Shown piece after piece: positions 34,901-48,275 of a stretch of DNA of 64,000 bases. The DNA is from Mantamonas sphyraenae STR306 (Eukaryota; Protista; CRuMs). The position numbers and the translations under genes are program-made. The notes below the pieces were generated by a model. The model was not told where the DNA came from and did no database searches. It saw only the letters and a list, made by a program, of their open reading frames with translations. The DNA is taken from positions 62,001 to 126,000 of the forward strand of contig JAPMXV010000003.1 of the NCBI GenBank assembly GCA_026936335.1. Direction: 5' to 3'. Within the stretch, counting starts at the first letter, position 1; each line of letters starts with the position of its first letter.

Positions 34901-37900
34901 GCAGGTACAGCTCCTCCAGCGTGTCCACCTGCAGTGCACGCTGCGGGATGCTGCCCAGCCGGTTCTCCTCGACGTGTAGGCGCTTCAGTTGCATCATCTG
35001 GATGTGTGGAACGGCAATCAGCTGGTTGCCAGTCAGCTTCAGCGTTTCCAGGCTCGTCAACTTGCCGATCGGAGGCGGCAGCGAAGGCAGCCGGTTGTGC
35101 GACAAATCCAGCCAGGTCAGGTGACGCCCCAGACCCTCCAGGCGTGCAGGCATGCAGTCGGGCTTCTCCAAAAGGTTGTGTGACAGGTTGGCTGCCGTCA
35201 CGCTGGTCAGCAGCGTCAGGTTCTGCGACAGGCGCGTCAGCTCCAAGTTGCGCATGTCAAGGCGTACGTGGCCCTCGCCCATCGCACGCACGATCGGGTC
35301 GCCTTCAAAGTCTTCTTTCAGCCAGCGCAAGTGCTTCAGGAGCCCCTTGACATTGTCACCGTGCAACTCTTCTGGAAGACCGTGCAGCGGGTTGTCGCCC
35401 AGCTTGATCGACCGAATCGCGCCGTGCTCCAGATCCGCCCATTCCATGGGCAGTCCGTTCAGTCTGTTCGATTCCAGGTTGATCACACGCAAAGCAAGGC
35501 ACTCGCTCAACCTCGACGGCATCTGCTCAAGCGCGTTGTGCGACAGGTCCAGTTCTTCCAGCTGCTTCATGCGATTCACGCTCATCGGCACCATGTAGAT
35601 CTCGTTCTGGCTGCAATTCAGGCGACGCAGCGACGCAAGGTCACTCAGCACACCCGGCAGCTTTTGGAACGCGTTGCGCGACAAATCCAGTTCCTCGAGC
35701 GAGTTGAGCTGCGCAAACTCTTGCGGCAGCTGCCACAGAGCGTTGTCTGCCACGTTGAGCGACTTGAGGTTGCCAAGCACTCCCACCTCGGGTACCAAGC
35801 TCTTGAGCGCGTTCGAACGAAGCGAAAGGGAACGCAGCGCCGTCAACTGGCCCAAGTCTTCGCTCAGTGTTTCCAAGCGATTGTCGTTCAGGTCCAGCTG
35901 TTGCAGTCCCTTGATGCGGAACAGCACCGCGGGGATGTCCGACATGCCGTTGCCATCCAGCACCAGGCGTTTCAGCTTGTTCATCGACGCAACGCGAGCA
36001 GGCAGCCAGCGCAGCGAATTGTCGCTCAAATCCAGTTCGGTAATGTTTCCATTGTGGCACGCCTCAAAAGGCAGTACGTCCAGGCCCTTGCTGCTCAGAT
36101 CGAGAGTTTGCTTGTCTTCTGTGTTGTTGCGCACCTCCTCGATGATGCTGAGCAGCAGATCGGCGTAGTGGTTGCGAAGCATCGGCAGATATTCGTTGAA
36201 CGACTGCAGGCCTTCGGGCAGGGGCATGGAGTTGTCCTCCAGCCCCAACAGATACAAGGACTGCACGCCGCCCAGGAGCTGCGGCACTTCCGTCAGCTCG
36301 TTGTTCCACATGATCAGTGTCTTGAGCTGCGTCAGGTCTGCAATCTCCAGTGGCAACTCGCTCACTCGGTTGCTGCTCATGTTGAGATGCTGCAGCGACG
36401 TAAGGGCGCCAATGGCAGGAGGGATCGTCGGGATCTTGTTGTCGCTGATGTCCAGCCGCTCCAGGCTGTGCAGTTTGCACACGGGCTTGATGGACGTAAG
36501 GTGGTTGCTGCTGAGCGTGAGCTCCTTCAGGCCGAAACGCAGCAACGAGATATTGCTGGGAATGTGTGAGATCTGGTTGTGGTCCAGGTAAAGCACAGAG
36601 AGCGACGGCAAGCTGAAGATCTCGCGAGGCACCAGCGAAATCTTGTTGTTGTTCAAGTAGAGTTCAGAGAGATTGTACAACAGGTTGAAGTGCCCTGCCA
36701 GACGCTCCATCTCGTTGTGGCTCAGATCCAAAGATTCCATGCCCTTGAGCAGGCCCAGGAACTCGGGAACGTCCTTGAGCTTGTTGTAGCTGACGTTGAT
36801 GTTCTTGACGTTGCTCAGATTTCCCATAAGCGGCGAAAGGTTTTCGATGCGGTTGTGGCTCAGGTCCAGGTCGGTGAGGTCTTTGAGGAAAATGGCGTCG
36901 GCGGGAAACATGCGCAGATCTTGGTTGCTCAGATCAAGCGCGTCGGCCTTGCTCTTGCTGACGTCCTCGACCACGCTGGCCACCGATGGCGTAAGGGTGT
37001 GTTCCAGGTGCATGCTGCTCTGCATGGACCCACTTCCCAGCTCCATGTCGATCTGGTACTCGCGCATGGTTTTGAGCATGGTATCTTCCAGTTCGGCTGC
37101 ACGTGCGCCCACCTTTGTGTACAGCACTTTTTTCACAACCGACCAGATGCGCCCTCCCTTGCTCTGCGCCTTGTCCTCGGCCATGCCAGCTGCGATGGCC
37201 TCTTCGATGGCACTCGTCATGTAGTTGAGATCGGCCGGCGTGTCTGCGTACGCCCGAAACACCTCTCTGCAATACGCGGGTGCAGGGAGAGACGTGTAGG
37301 ACATCCCATGGGCGGACAAATGTCAGTTACAATGGATGGGCAAGTTGGCAATGGCAATGGTCAAGAAACACATACACGCGGTCGTCCGAGGTTGCGGTCG
37401 TGCCCGTGACGAGCAGCTCGTTGTGAAAGTGCTGGTCGTCGTAGTCCACAGGCTCCACCTTGAGGTCAAACAAGTCCAGCTTGGAGGGTTGGAACACAAA
37501 TTCACCCAGCTTGGTGTGCCTATCCACCGTGTTCCAGCTCAGGGTGGCGCCGCGGATTTTGACAAAGTAGGTGGTCCATTCGTTCTGGTCCAGCTGGATG
37601 GTCAGCAGGCCCGTGTATTCGGGATGTTTCTTCTCGGATGCACTCTGTGTGATTGTGTGGTGCGGTGTGTGTGCGTATCCGTGTGACACGTGTGGGTTAC
37701 GCATTGCCGTGTGAGCTGTGCTGTCGCTGCGGTTCGTAGCAGAGACTGACGGGAAAAAAGGCATTGGAGAGAGAGGGCCACGCACGGCCACGCGCAAGCA
37801 ACTCACGCGGCCTCCAAAGCGTTCTGTCACTGTGGCCTTCTTCAGCTGCGTGTACTCGATGATTGCATGCGGTCCGCGCTCCTGGATCTCGTCAGGCACA

Positions 37901-38787
37901 GCGCATGGACACCCGTCCACCGTCAGGCTCTCCAGCAGTTGGCATTTGTTGAGGTCCTCAGGCAGGCACATCAGCCTGGCAAACACGCCCAACACGTCCA
38001 CCCGACCATGCAGCACACGCATCGCACGTACACACATGTGCACGCCGTGTGTCCCATCGTCCATGTTGTGTCAGTGTCCATATCTGCTTGGCTCTGCCCC
38101 CTGCACACGCCTCGTCTCCCGCTCGCATTCTCAGCGCGCTCGCCTGTCAAAAAACACGGGCCGACTTTACACCCCGCTCTGGCCTCCCACACACACGCCC
38201 TCCACTCACCGGTTGTAGCTCAGGTGCAGCGACTGCAGGTTCTCCAGCAGGCCGAACGACGCTGGGATCTCTTCGATGGCGTTGTAGTCTGCGTGCAGCG
38301 TTTTCAGGTTGCTGAGGTAGCCGATCGAGGTCGGCAGTTCGCCGATGTTGTTGTTACTCAGGTTCAGAAAGGTCAGCGAGTCCATGTGTGAGATGGCACT
38401 GTCCACATGGCTGATCATGTTGTTCTCAAACGTCAGCAGCTGGATGTCCAGCTCGTACACCGTGCTGGGGATGCTTTTGAACGAGTTGTTGGCCAGCTCC
38501 AGGAACTGCAGTTTCGCAAGCTTGTCAAACTCCTCCGGCAGGCTTGCCAGCAGGTTTTGATTGGCATTGAGCAGCGTCAGGTCCTTCAGCTGCAACACCT
38601 CCTCGGGCAACTCCACCATCTTGTTGTTTGCTATCGTCAGGTTCGACGCACGCGACACTTTCTTCACCGCAAGCTGTGACGGCCAGCTCGACAGCTTCCT
38701 GTCGGACAGGTCCAACACACGGTTTCCTTTCACACCGTCAATGATTTCCTTCAGTTGCACGCGATCGATGCGTCCCGATTCGCTCAT
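31923..38787 (-). CDS. Giant LRR-PH-LRR-ankyrin repeat protein (paralog 1); introns 37976-38209, 37645-37806, 37267-37375
   Basis: N-terminal LRRs; PH-like domain (YTGLLTI..WTTYFVKIRG...FRAYADTPADLNYMTSAIEEAI); more than 35 LxxLxLxxNxL repeats; acidic linker; about 11 C-terminal ankyrin repeats (TPLH/TALH). The start could instead be the upstream ATG near 38871. Confidence 0.88.
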
Positions 38788-38945
38788 GCTCACTGGTCCA
38801 GACGGTTGCCTCGACGTGCGCAGCGCAGGGCAGGTTGTGTATTTTGCAGCTCCATGTTCCACCTGCTCCATGCTCTGCAGCAGCAGCAGGATCTCCACAC
38901 GACGCACTCCACATACTCTCTCCCCCTGCCCGAATGCCTCTCTCG

Positions 38946-41900
38946 TCACGCTCGTCCTCCAACTTTGCGCAACAGCTTCATCACACGATCGTCTGGGTGA
39001 CCCATCTTCATCGGCGTCTGTCCCTGATCCGTTTCTGCGTTTACGTCCACCTGTGCCTCCACAAGTGCCTTGACCGTCTCATACGGCTGCTCTGTATGCA
39101 TGGCAAAGTGCAATGCGCTCCACCCGTTAAAGTCGCGTGCGTCGCCGTCGGCTCCTGCGTCGAGAAGGAACTGCAGCATGTCCAGTGTACCCTCGCCCGT
39201 CACCGCGACGTGAAGTGGTGTCAATCCCGACACTGTGGCCACGTCGATGTCCACGTTGCGCGACAGAAGCACCCTCGCTGCGCCCACGCTGTTCCACACC
39301 GCGCACAAGTGGATGGGATACGTCCCATCCGGCGCGGCCTCGTTCACCGGCACACCATAGTTTGCAAGCACCTGCACCCCCAGCGGTTGTTTGCACATGA
39401 TGGCCACGTCCAGCGGAGTCACTCCGTCCGTTGATGCCTGCGCAAGCGGGTCTGCACCTCGTTCCAGCAGGTACTCCATGATGCGAACCTTGTCTGTGCG
39501 TTGGTCCTGCGCAAACGCAGCCAGATGAAGAACCGTGTACCCGCTCTCGTTCTGCAGCTGCAGCATGGCGCCTGCCTCCACCAGCAGCTCCACGCACTCC
39601 GTGTACGATCCCAGCACGGCCAGGTGCAGCGCAGTGTTTCCATACACATCCAACACGTTGGGTGGCAATCCTGCGTCCAGCAACTGTGCAACCACCACTG
39701 CATGGCCATGCATCGCAGCCATGTGCAACGCCCCCTTGCCCGTTTCTGTTTGCGCCTTGGCCACCACGTTTGCTTCCAGCAGACGCGCGACCACGTTGTC
39801 GTACCCTGCGCACGCTGCGTGATGCAACGGCGTCCACCCGCGTGCATCCGTCGTGTTGCCGTCCACCCGTCGCTCAAGGAAGTAGTCCACCAACTGGTGG
39901 TGACCAAATCGAGCCGCCAGGTGGATGGGTGCAAACTTGTCCTCCTTGGTCGTCACCATCATCGACATGCCATAGTCGTCTGCAAGTTCTGTCACAGCGT
40001 CATCAGATCCGATCACTGCCGCCGTGTGCATCTGTTGCCACGATTCACGCACGTCGTCGCTCAGCTTGCCCTCAATCCCTTCCTCCAAGGCCTCGTACAC
40101 GGTCTCCCAAAACGCATCGTCGACCTCAGGCAGCAAAGCGCTCTTGGCCGGCTTCTCATCCTCGCCCACTCCTTGACCGTCACCTCCCTTCTTGCCACGT
40201 CCACGCCGCCCAAACACCCGTCGCCCCTTGTCCTTTGTGTCGCTCGCCTTGTCCTCATCCCCGATCACACTTTCCGTATCTTCCGCCTGCTCATTCTCTC
40301 CTTCGTCCTCACTTTCGTCGCCCTTGGCCACCACAGAACCACTGTCTGACATGTCCTCGCCTGCAGCTGCTGCTGCTTCGGCGGCCGCCGCCTCATCCTG
40401 AGCAGCCGCTGCTTCTGCAAGTCGTTCCAGCAACGTAGCATCTCCAGCGTCGTCACGCATGTTGTGTGCGGCCTTGACCACCCCCACTGCCTTTTCACCC
40501 AGGCTGTGCAGGAACAGAGTCACGCCCTCGCCCGACGTCGACTTGGGCATGTCCAGCAGCATGCGGTTGTTGCTCAGATCCAACGTCATCAGCTGGCCTT
40601 CCAGCAGCGACAGTTCGTTGCTCACCGTCACGATCTCGTTGTCGTTGGCACGCAGAAACTGCAGCGACTGCATTTGACCGAGCTCGCGAGGCAGCCGAGA
40701 CAGAGCATTGTGGGCCAGTCCAAGGTGCGTGAGTTTGCGCAGCAGAGATATGTCACTCGGCACGGCGGTGATCAGGTTGTGGCCGAGGCCAAGCATCTCC
40801 AGGTTGGGTAGCGCGCACAGCTGCTCCGGGATGGTTTCCAGCTGGTTGTGAGACAGAAAGAGCATAAGCAGTGACTTGAGCATCCTCATTGTGTATGGGA
40901 GTCGTTTGAGCTCGTTGTGCGACGCGTTGAGCGCCTCCAAGGACGACAGGTGCCCAATTGTCGCGGGCAAATGGCCCAGGCGGTTGTTGTTCACTGTCAG
41001 CTCGCGCAGCCTGCCCAAAAGGCCCAGTTCGTTGGGAAGCAATTGGACGTTGTTGTGGCTGCAGTCAAACACCTCCAGCTGCTTCAGGGCGCCCAGGTTC
41101 GACGGAATGACCAGCAGCTGGTTGTATCCCACATCCACCTCCCTCAGAGTGGCCAGTCCACACAGCGACACGGGAAAGTCGATCAACACGTTGTTGCGCA
41201 CGTAGATGCGCTCCAAGTGCTCCAGCTGCTCCATGTGTTGCTGCTGCAGCTCCCGGATGCGGTTTGAGGACACATCCAGCGTGCGTAGCGAGCGGAAGCG
41301 GCGGAAGAACGACGTAGGGAACGCTTCGTCGTCCATATTGTTTCCAGACAGATTGAGCGTCTCCAAAGACGGCATGTCGCACAAGTCGTCCGCCAGGCAG
41401 TCGATGCGGTTGCGCGACAGATCCAGCACCTTGAGCGAGGCCGCGGATGGCCACTGGCCGCCTGGCACGTACGAGATCTGGTTTCCGCTCAGCCGCAGCT
41501 GCTCCAGGTTCTCCAGATCGAAGGCCGCCTGAGGCACAGCATCCAGCAAGTTTTCGCTCGCAGACAGCACGCGCAGCTGCGTGAGGCCGGCCACAAAGGG
41601 CAGATCTTTGAGGGCGTTGTTGTCCAAGACCAACTCGCGCAGGGCACGCAAGCAGCTGAGTACAGAAGGCACGTGTTCCAAGCCGTTGTTGCTCACGTTG
41701 AGCACCTGCAGCGTGTCTCCCAGCCTCGCCATCCCAGCAGGGAACGAGTCGAACGCATTCAGCGAGTTGCCGCTCACATTCAGCGAACGTACGTTCTTCA
41801 TGAAGGCCAGTTTGCTCGGCAGCATGCGCAGGTCCTGGTTCACAATGTCCATTTGCTCCTTGTTTTCAATTTCTGCGCGAGCGTACGGATCGTCGCGTGT

Positions 41901-44900
41901 CAGCTCCAGAAGTGTGGCAAGATGGCGCATGGTCGTGCTCGTGTTTTCGCTCGCCCTCAGCTCTTCCGGGAAGGAATTCAACGGATTTCCTGTCAAGTTC
42001 AGTGTTTTCAGCTTCACCAAGTTGCTGTACTCCAGCGGCACGCCGTTCATGGCGTTTCCGCTGAGGTCCAGGGTTTCCAACAACGTGCAGAAGGACAGCT
42101 CGGGAGGCATGCTCACGATGGCGTTGTTGCGCAGGTTCAGGTCCAGCAGCTCGCGAAGGTTGCCCATGGCCGCTGTCGGGCTGCGGATCTGATTGCCAGC
42201 GAGATGCAGCACTTGCAGGTTTTTCAGCGTGCACAGCTGCACAGGCACCTCGGAGAAGGCGTTGCTGCTCAGATCGAGGCGAGTCAGCGAATGCGTGTTG
42301 CCAAACTCGTCCGGCAGCGAGTGCAGCTGGTTTCCAGAAAGGAGCAGAGACTGAAGCCCGTCCAGGGTGTCCAACGTCACCGGCAGCGACATCAGCGCGT
42401 TGTTTGACAGATCCAGATGCACCAACGTGTAGCACAGGTTGCCAAACCGCTCGCCCAGATGTTTCAAGGCGTTTCCGCTCAAGTTGATGCGCCTCACGTT
42501 CTCCATACGCATCAGCGCTTCGGGTAAGAGTGTGAACGCGTTGTTGCTCACGTCCACACGCTCCAGCTCGTCGCAATCGCTCAACACATACGGCAGCGTC
42601 GTGAGGCCATTGTTGTTCAGGTTCATGCTCAGCAGCGAACTGTTGCTGCACGCCTCAAACGGCAGGAACTGCAGGCCCAGGCTGGACAAATCGAGGTTGC
42701 GCTTCGGCGCCTTGTTCGCCTTCAGTGCAGACTCGGCCTTGGCGAGCTCTTCCGCATACTGTTGACGCAGATCCTCCAGAAACAGGGCCTCGTTGAAGTT
42801 GTCGCCTTGGGCCACTGGGTTGTCGTTGATACCCAACACGACGAGCGACCGCAATCCGCCCAGCTGCTTCGGCACACTCTGGATGCTGTTGCTCCAGAAA
42901 GTGGCGGTGGTCAGGTCGCGCATGTTTGCGATCTCCTGCACCAGTTCGTAGATGTTGTTCAGTTGCAGCTCCAATTTGGTCACGTTTGTCAACGCGCCAA
43001 TGTCACGCGGGATGACGCCGATGCGGTTGCCAGCCAGGTTGAGCTGCTTCAGGTTGTACAGCGCGCACACAGGGAGCATGTCTGCCACGCTGTTGTTGCC
43101 CATAGACAGGCACTCCAGGGTGGGCGCCGTGCCGGTCAGTTGCAGAGGGATGCTTTCGATCGCGTTGTTGTCCAGGTAGAGCGTCTGCAGGTGCTTGCAG
43201 TTGCCCACCATGGCAGGCACGTGCATAAGCTTGTTGTTGTTTGCGTACAACTCGCGAAGACGGTTGTTGCTGTGGAACAGCGTTTGCGGGAGGTGAACGA
43301 GCTCGTTGTGGCTCACATCCAGGTACTGTAGTTTGGACCACAATGCCAGTTCTTCAGGCACGGTATGCAGCTGATTGAACGAAAAGTTGGCGCTAATGAC
43401 GTTTTCCAAGGCTCCCAGCAGCGGTTCGATGCTTGTAAGCGCATTGTTGCTGAGGTCGATCTCGCGGAGCTGATTGAGCAGGCACAGGGAGACGGGCACG
43501 CGAGCGAGGCCACACATGGACAAATCGGCGGTGATGTTGGTACGGCGGCTGGTCTTTTCCATCTTGGCAGCCGTTTCGTCCGTCAGCGCGTGCTCGTACA
43601 CGAATGCGTCGTAGAAGCGGTTGCCCTTCTTGATCAGATCCAACCTGTCTGTCAGACGGCCGCGCTTCTTCATGGCTCGTGCGTTGAGCTTGGACACGTC
43701 CTGTGGCATGGCGTCAAGCTCGCTGCGCACCTGCAGAAACGTCTTGCGTCCCGTCTTCATCGAGTCTAGGTTGCGCCCGATCACAGAGCGCAGAGTCTCG
43801 ATGCTGCGGTCGATGTCGCCCGAGGCTGTGCCGTCGAATGGATCTGCCTGTTGGCTGAGCGAGGATGCAGAGGAAGACGAGGCCTGGGAGCCGTCGCGTG
43901 TGCTGTGCTTCTGCCTGTTCGAACGCAGACGCTCGTTGGTTTCGCGTTGCTCCTCGATGCAGTCGTGCACCTTTGTGATCCACACGTCACGCACCACCCA
44001 TGTCGGTGCACTTGCTGTGAAGATGCTCGTTTCGTTGCCGCCCGCAGAGATGGTCACGACGCGGAACTCGTTCGGGTAGGTCGGGTCCAAGTCATCGATG
44101 CTCTGCACGGTCGAGTTGCCGATGTTGAACACGCGGAATGGCGCGCTCTTCTCGTCTTTGGACACCAGGATGCGGTTTCCCTCCAGCCTGCACACACACT
44201 TGTCCCACACATTTTCGTCTTGGCTGTCGCTTGCCTCCAGCAGCTGCTCCTGAGCGGAGGAGGCTGACGAGGACGACGCCGACGACGCCGACGACGAAGA
44301 TGACGACGACGTGCTTACACCTCCGCGGTCTTTCATCACATGCATGATGGACACGGGTGGGGTGTTGACAAATCGTGCAATGATGCGTGCGTTCTCCGCA
44401 AACGAGACGCCTTGCTCACGCATGAGCCTGTGTTGCGCCTCGTCGTCGTCAATCACATCCTCAAAGTAGGCGTGAATGAACGCGTCGTACTCGCTTTGCT
44501 GTGCACGCTCGTCGTGAGGGGACAGAGCCGAGATGCGCTCCAGGCGGTTCTTGGAGCTGATCTGCACGGTCTGGCTGCCAGATGGGTGATGTGAAGGCGA
44601 CTGATTCGGAGCTTCCATGATGCGTGCGGCTGCATGCAGACGTGCACGGTCGACAGATGCCATACCTGCGGTGCCGAATCGTTGGCTACCTTTGCCTTTG
44701 CTGCTGCTCTCGCCATTGCCCGACGACTTGTCTCGACTGATGATGGCGTCCATGTGACTCTTTTTGCGCAGGAACTGGGACTTTCGTGCTTGTTCGACAT
44801 CCAAGCCAGACACAGGGCGCACCAGGGACGCATCCAGGCGAGCGTGTTGCGAGACAGCGACGCTCTTGCGCAAGTCCCTGCCGTTCTTCTTGCTGCTTTC

Positions 44901-46252
44901 AGAGGCACTGCCATCACTTCCCTGGCTGTCTTTGCTGCTTTCCGATGGATTTGACGACGAGGTGGATGCCTCATCCAGCTTGAGATCTTCGCCCGTGCGG
45001 CTTTTGCGATGCAGCGCCTTGCTACTCGCAGTCACTCGACTGTGTGCGTTTTCGTTCGACGTGGGTTTCTGCACATCGATCATTCGTGTGTATGAATGGA
45101 TGGTTGGGTGGGTTGGGTGGGTGGGTTGGGTGGGTGTGTGTGTGTGTGAGAGAGAGAGAGAGCAAGCATCGCCTGCAGGTACATGCGCCAATGGCAAGCA
45201 CCGCCATCGCAGCCATACGACACCTCTGTGTGCGTGCATGGCCCATTCACATCAATGGCTGCGGTACCGGGTGGCATGCAACATTCAACTTGCGCCCATC
45301 CACTCACCTCGGCCTCGGCAAACGGCGGTTGAAAGTCATCGGGAAAATCGTTGCCAGCCTGCCACACAACGCTTTTCACGTGCATGCCGTTCATGGAAGA
45401 CGGCAGTGTCTTGAGTCTGGGAGCGCACGTGCAGTGTTACCCGACACAGGGTCAAGGAAGAGCAGAGTACGCCCGCGCGTGCCGGTGTCCAGCGTGCGTC
45501 AGCAGAGGGCGCGTGGCTGGGAGGGAAAAACATGGGCGACATAGGTGAAAAACCCACCGGTTGTAGTGGATGCTCAAGGTCTTGAGCATCTTGAGGTCTG
45601 CGATCGATGCTGGCAGCTCGATGAGCTCGTTGTGTTCGAGGTGCAGAGATGCGAGGGCGTACAGGGAGCCCAAGGCGTCGGGCAGCACCACCAGTTGGTT
45701 GTGGCTCAGATCCAGCAGCGACAAACTCTCGGCAAGCCTGCCAAACACGGCTTCCTGCACGCGTGGCAGACGGTTGTGGTCCAACTTCAGCGTCTGCAGA
45801 CGCTCCAGAGATCCCAAGGCATCCGGCAGCTCCTCGATGCTGTTGTTCGACAGCACCAGCGTGGTCAGCGCCTCCAGTTTGCCAATGTCCGCTGGCACGG
45901 CTGTCAAAAGGTTTTCACTCAAATCAAGCGTGCTCAGCGTCGCAAGCTGGCACACCACCGAAGGAAACACTGTCAACAGGTTGCGCGCCATCACAAGCGT
46001 GTGCACGTTCTGCGGTACCTCCTTTGCCGCGATGGGGAACGCCGAAAGCGAACTCTCGCTCAGATCCAGGAGACCGTACGTCGCCGCGCTTTCCAGCACT
46101 CGCTTCTCGGTCGCTCGGTCTAGAGAGCGCACGCCGTTGGCACTGCTTCCTGCGCTTCCTTCGCCTTCATCCAAGTCGTCCAGTGCAATGGGACCATCGT
46201 CCGACCGCTTCTTCCGCCCAAACTTTGGCGTCCACTTCTTTTTGCCTGGCAT
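38946..46252 (-). CDS. Giant LRR-PH-LRR-ankyrin repeat protein (paralog 2); introns 45417-45557, 45069-45307
   Basis: Same domain order as paralog 1; clear PH domain (WDKCVCRLEGNRILV...FTASAPTWVVRDVWITKV); first intron at the same YNR phase-2 position. Confidence 0.88.
45105..45162. repeat. Intronic (GGGT)/(GT)n/(GA)n simple repeats
   Basis: Directly visible within the predicted intron 45069-45307. Confidence 0.8.
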
Positions 46253-46424
46253 GGATTTTCTTGTGGCTGCCCACGCGCTTCACCGTCAAACCCACCCCAG
46301 ACAATCTGTGTCTTTCGCCACGCACACATGTTTCCACTCCAGGTCCTGTCTCACATTTGCTCTCGAGGCCACATGTCTGCGCCAGCATCGGCAAGACAAC
46401 CGACAAACGCAAACGCAAACAACG

Positions 46425-48078
46425 ATGGCCACGACATTGGAGGAAGCATTGGCTGCGGCTGAACCGTCGGAAGAAGTTGTGGCAGGCATGAAAATTGAAG
46501 TGGCTGCGCTATGGGAACAGTTTGTCTGCCCCGTGTGCGTGTCGCACACGGAAAAGTCCTTCATGTGCACTCCGTGCGGCCACACCTTTTGCGAAGAGTG
46601 CATTCGCGAGTGCATCAACCGCGCCCACAACTGCCCCTTCTGCCGTGCAGATGTCCTGCCCGACCAGATCGTCGCAAACCCAGCAGTCGACCACATCTAT
46701 GGTGCGTTCTCCCTTGCAAGTTGGTTTGCGCCTTCCTCCTGCTGACCAAACCACCCCTCCCTCGCCCCGTTTTGCTCCATGCAGCCATCATCCTGGAAGA
46801 AAAGGACAAGGAAGAGAAAGCCTACTTTGCAAAAATGCTCAGTGTACGTTTGAGTGTGCCTCCCACATTGCCCACCTGCCTCCAGCTCCGTCCCGCAAAC
46901 TCGAGAGGCTCGTGAATTCCAGACGGTTGACAATGCGCCTTCCGCCCGCCTTGCCCACAGGACCCCGAGGCCAAGTTTGGCCCCGTCGACGGAGGTGATG
47001 CCGGTGGCGATGGAGGCGCCTCCACATCCGACTCGGGCAACACCACCTCCTCCAGCGAGCTCTCGCCCATCGAAGCCATCTTTCAGAAACACATGAAGCG
47101 CTCCCTCAAGGCCTATCAGGACTTTTACAAGGTACAGAGCGACGATGTGCGAGCCAGACACGCACGCATACTCTGGAAACTGACATCGTGCACCACGCGT
47201 CACAGAAACTGGAGAGCGACTACACGGCCAGCAAAGACAGCGTGCGTGTGGACTATGCACGACGCATGGCCCACAGCGGCGACAGTGGCGAAATCAACAC
47301 GCTGCGCGAGGAGTGCCATCAGAAACTGCAGGATTTGACAAGCACCTTTGAAGGCAGTGTGCATTTGCTCATGGAAGGCTACGAGAACTACATGACCAAC
47401 AATGCCCCCGTGCCCGAGTTTATGCCTGTCCACGTCAGCATCAGCGTCCCGCAGCACGACCTTCACTTTGACAACATCACCATGAAGCCCACAGACCTAG
47501 TGCACGACCTGCGCAACATCCTCACAGCCCGTATCGAAGAGCTGGGCGACGGCATCGAGGAAGCCGAAGACCTCGTCTTTGTGGACGTCAAGCCGTTTAT
47601 GGAGTCTGAAGACACCACACTGAGCACCACATCGTCATCATCATCATCATCATCATCATCATCGTCCTCCTCCTCCTCCTCCTCGGAAGCAACCGACGAC
47701 GAAGACGGGACCACAAAGACAATCAACACCACCACCGAGGTCGTCATGGAGAACGAGAACCTGCCTCTCCTTCACTACAAGGTGCGAACAGGCGACACCA
47801 TTCGCGTCGACGGTCACATCAAGCTGCACAGCCAGATGCCCAAGAAGTGCTTCAGCGCAGTGTTTGAAAAGGGCGCCGGCATGGTGGTCGACTACTACAC
47901 CTGCAAGGACTGCGCCTACAACTGGATTTGCGACACGTGCATCCAGAACTGCCACACAAATCACACTGTGCAGGAGTACATCATGAGCCACAAGCCCACC
48001 TGGGCATGCTGCTACTGCTGCAAGAACAACGATTGCAAGATCATCAACATCCGCAACAAGAAGCAGTTTGGCATGTGA
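46425..48078 (+). CDS. RING (C3HC4) E3 ligase with helical region, ubiquitin-like segment and C-terminal UBR-box-like zinc finger; introns 46702-46784, 46844-46960, 47132-47205
   Basis: CPVC..CGHTFCEEC..CPFC RING; C-terminal YTCKDC..WICDTC..NCH..H..CCYC; the four exons join in frame. Confidence 0.8.
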
Positions 48079-48079
48079 T

Positions 48080-48108
<29 letters not shown>
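48080..48108. repeat. (CA)n microsatellite immediately after the RING gene stop
   Basis: Uninterrupted cacacaca run. Confidence 0.9.
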
Positions 48109-48110
<2 letters not shown>

Positions 48111-48275
48111 CCACACACAAACAAAACCCACAATGGACAAGTCTGCGTTCCACTTGGCCTGCATTTCTCGGCTTGTGGCCGCCTCTTCCATCACCATCCA
48201 CCTCTCCCCAACCTAGATCCCATCGATCGTCGTTCGTCATCGTTCTCATCATCACCGTCATCGTCCCTTCACCCC

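Noticed and set aside
31923-46252. Notch, Roco/LRRK, PHLPP or NLR identity for the LRR-ANK proteins
   Set aside because: No TM, EGF/LNR, RAM motif, Roc-COR, kinase, PP2C or NACHT P-loop is visible.
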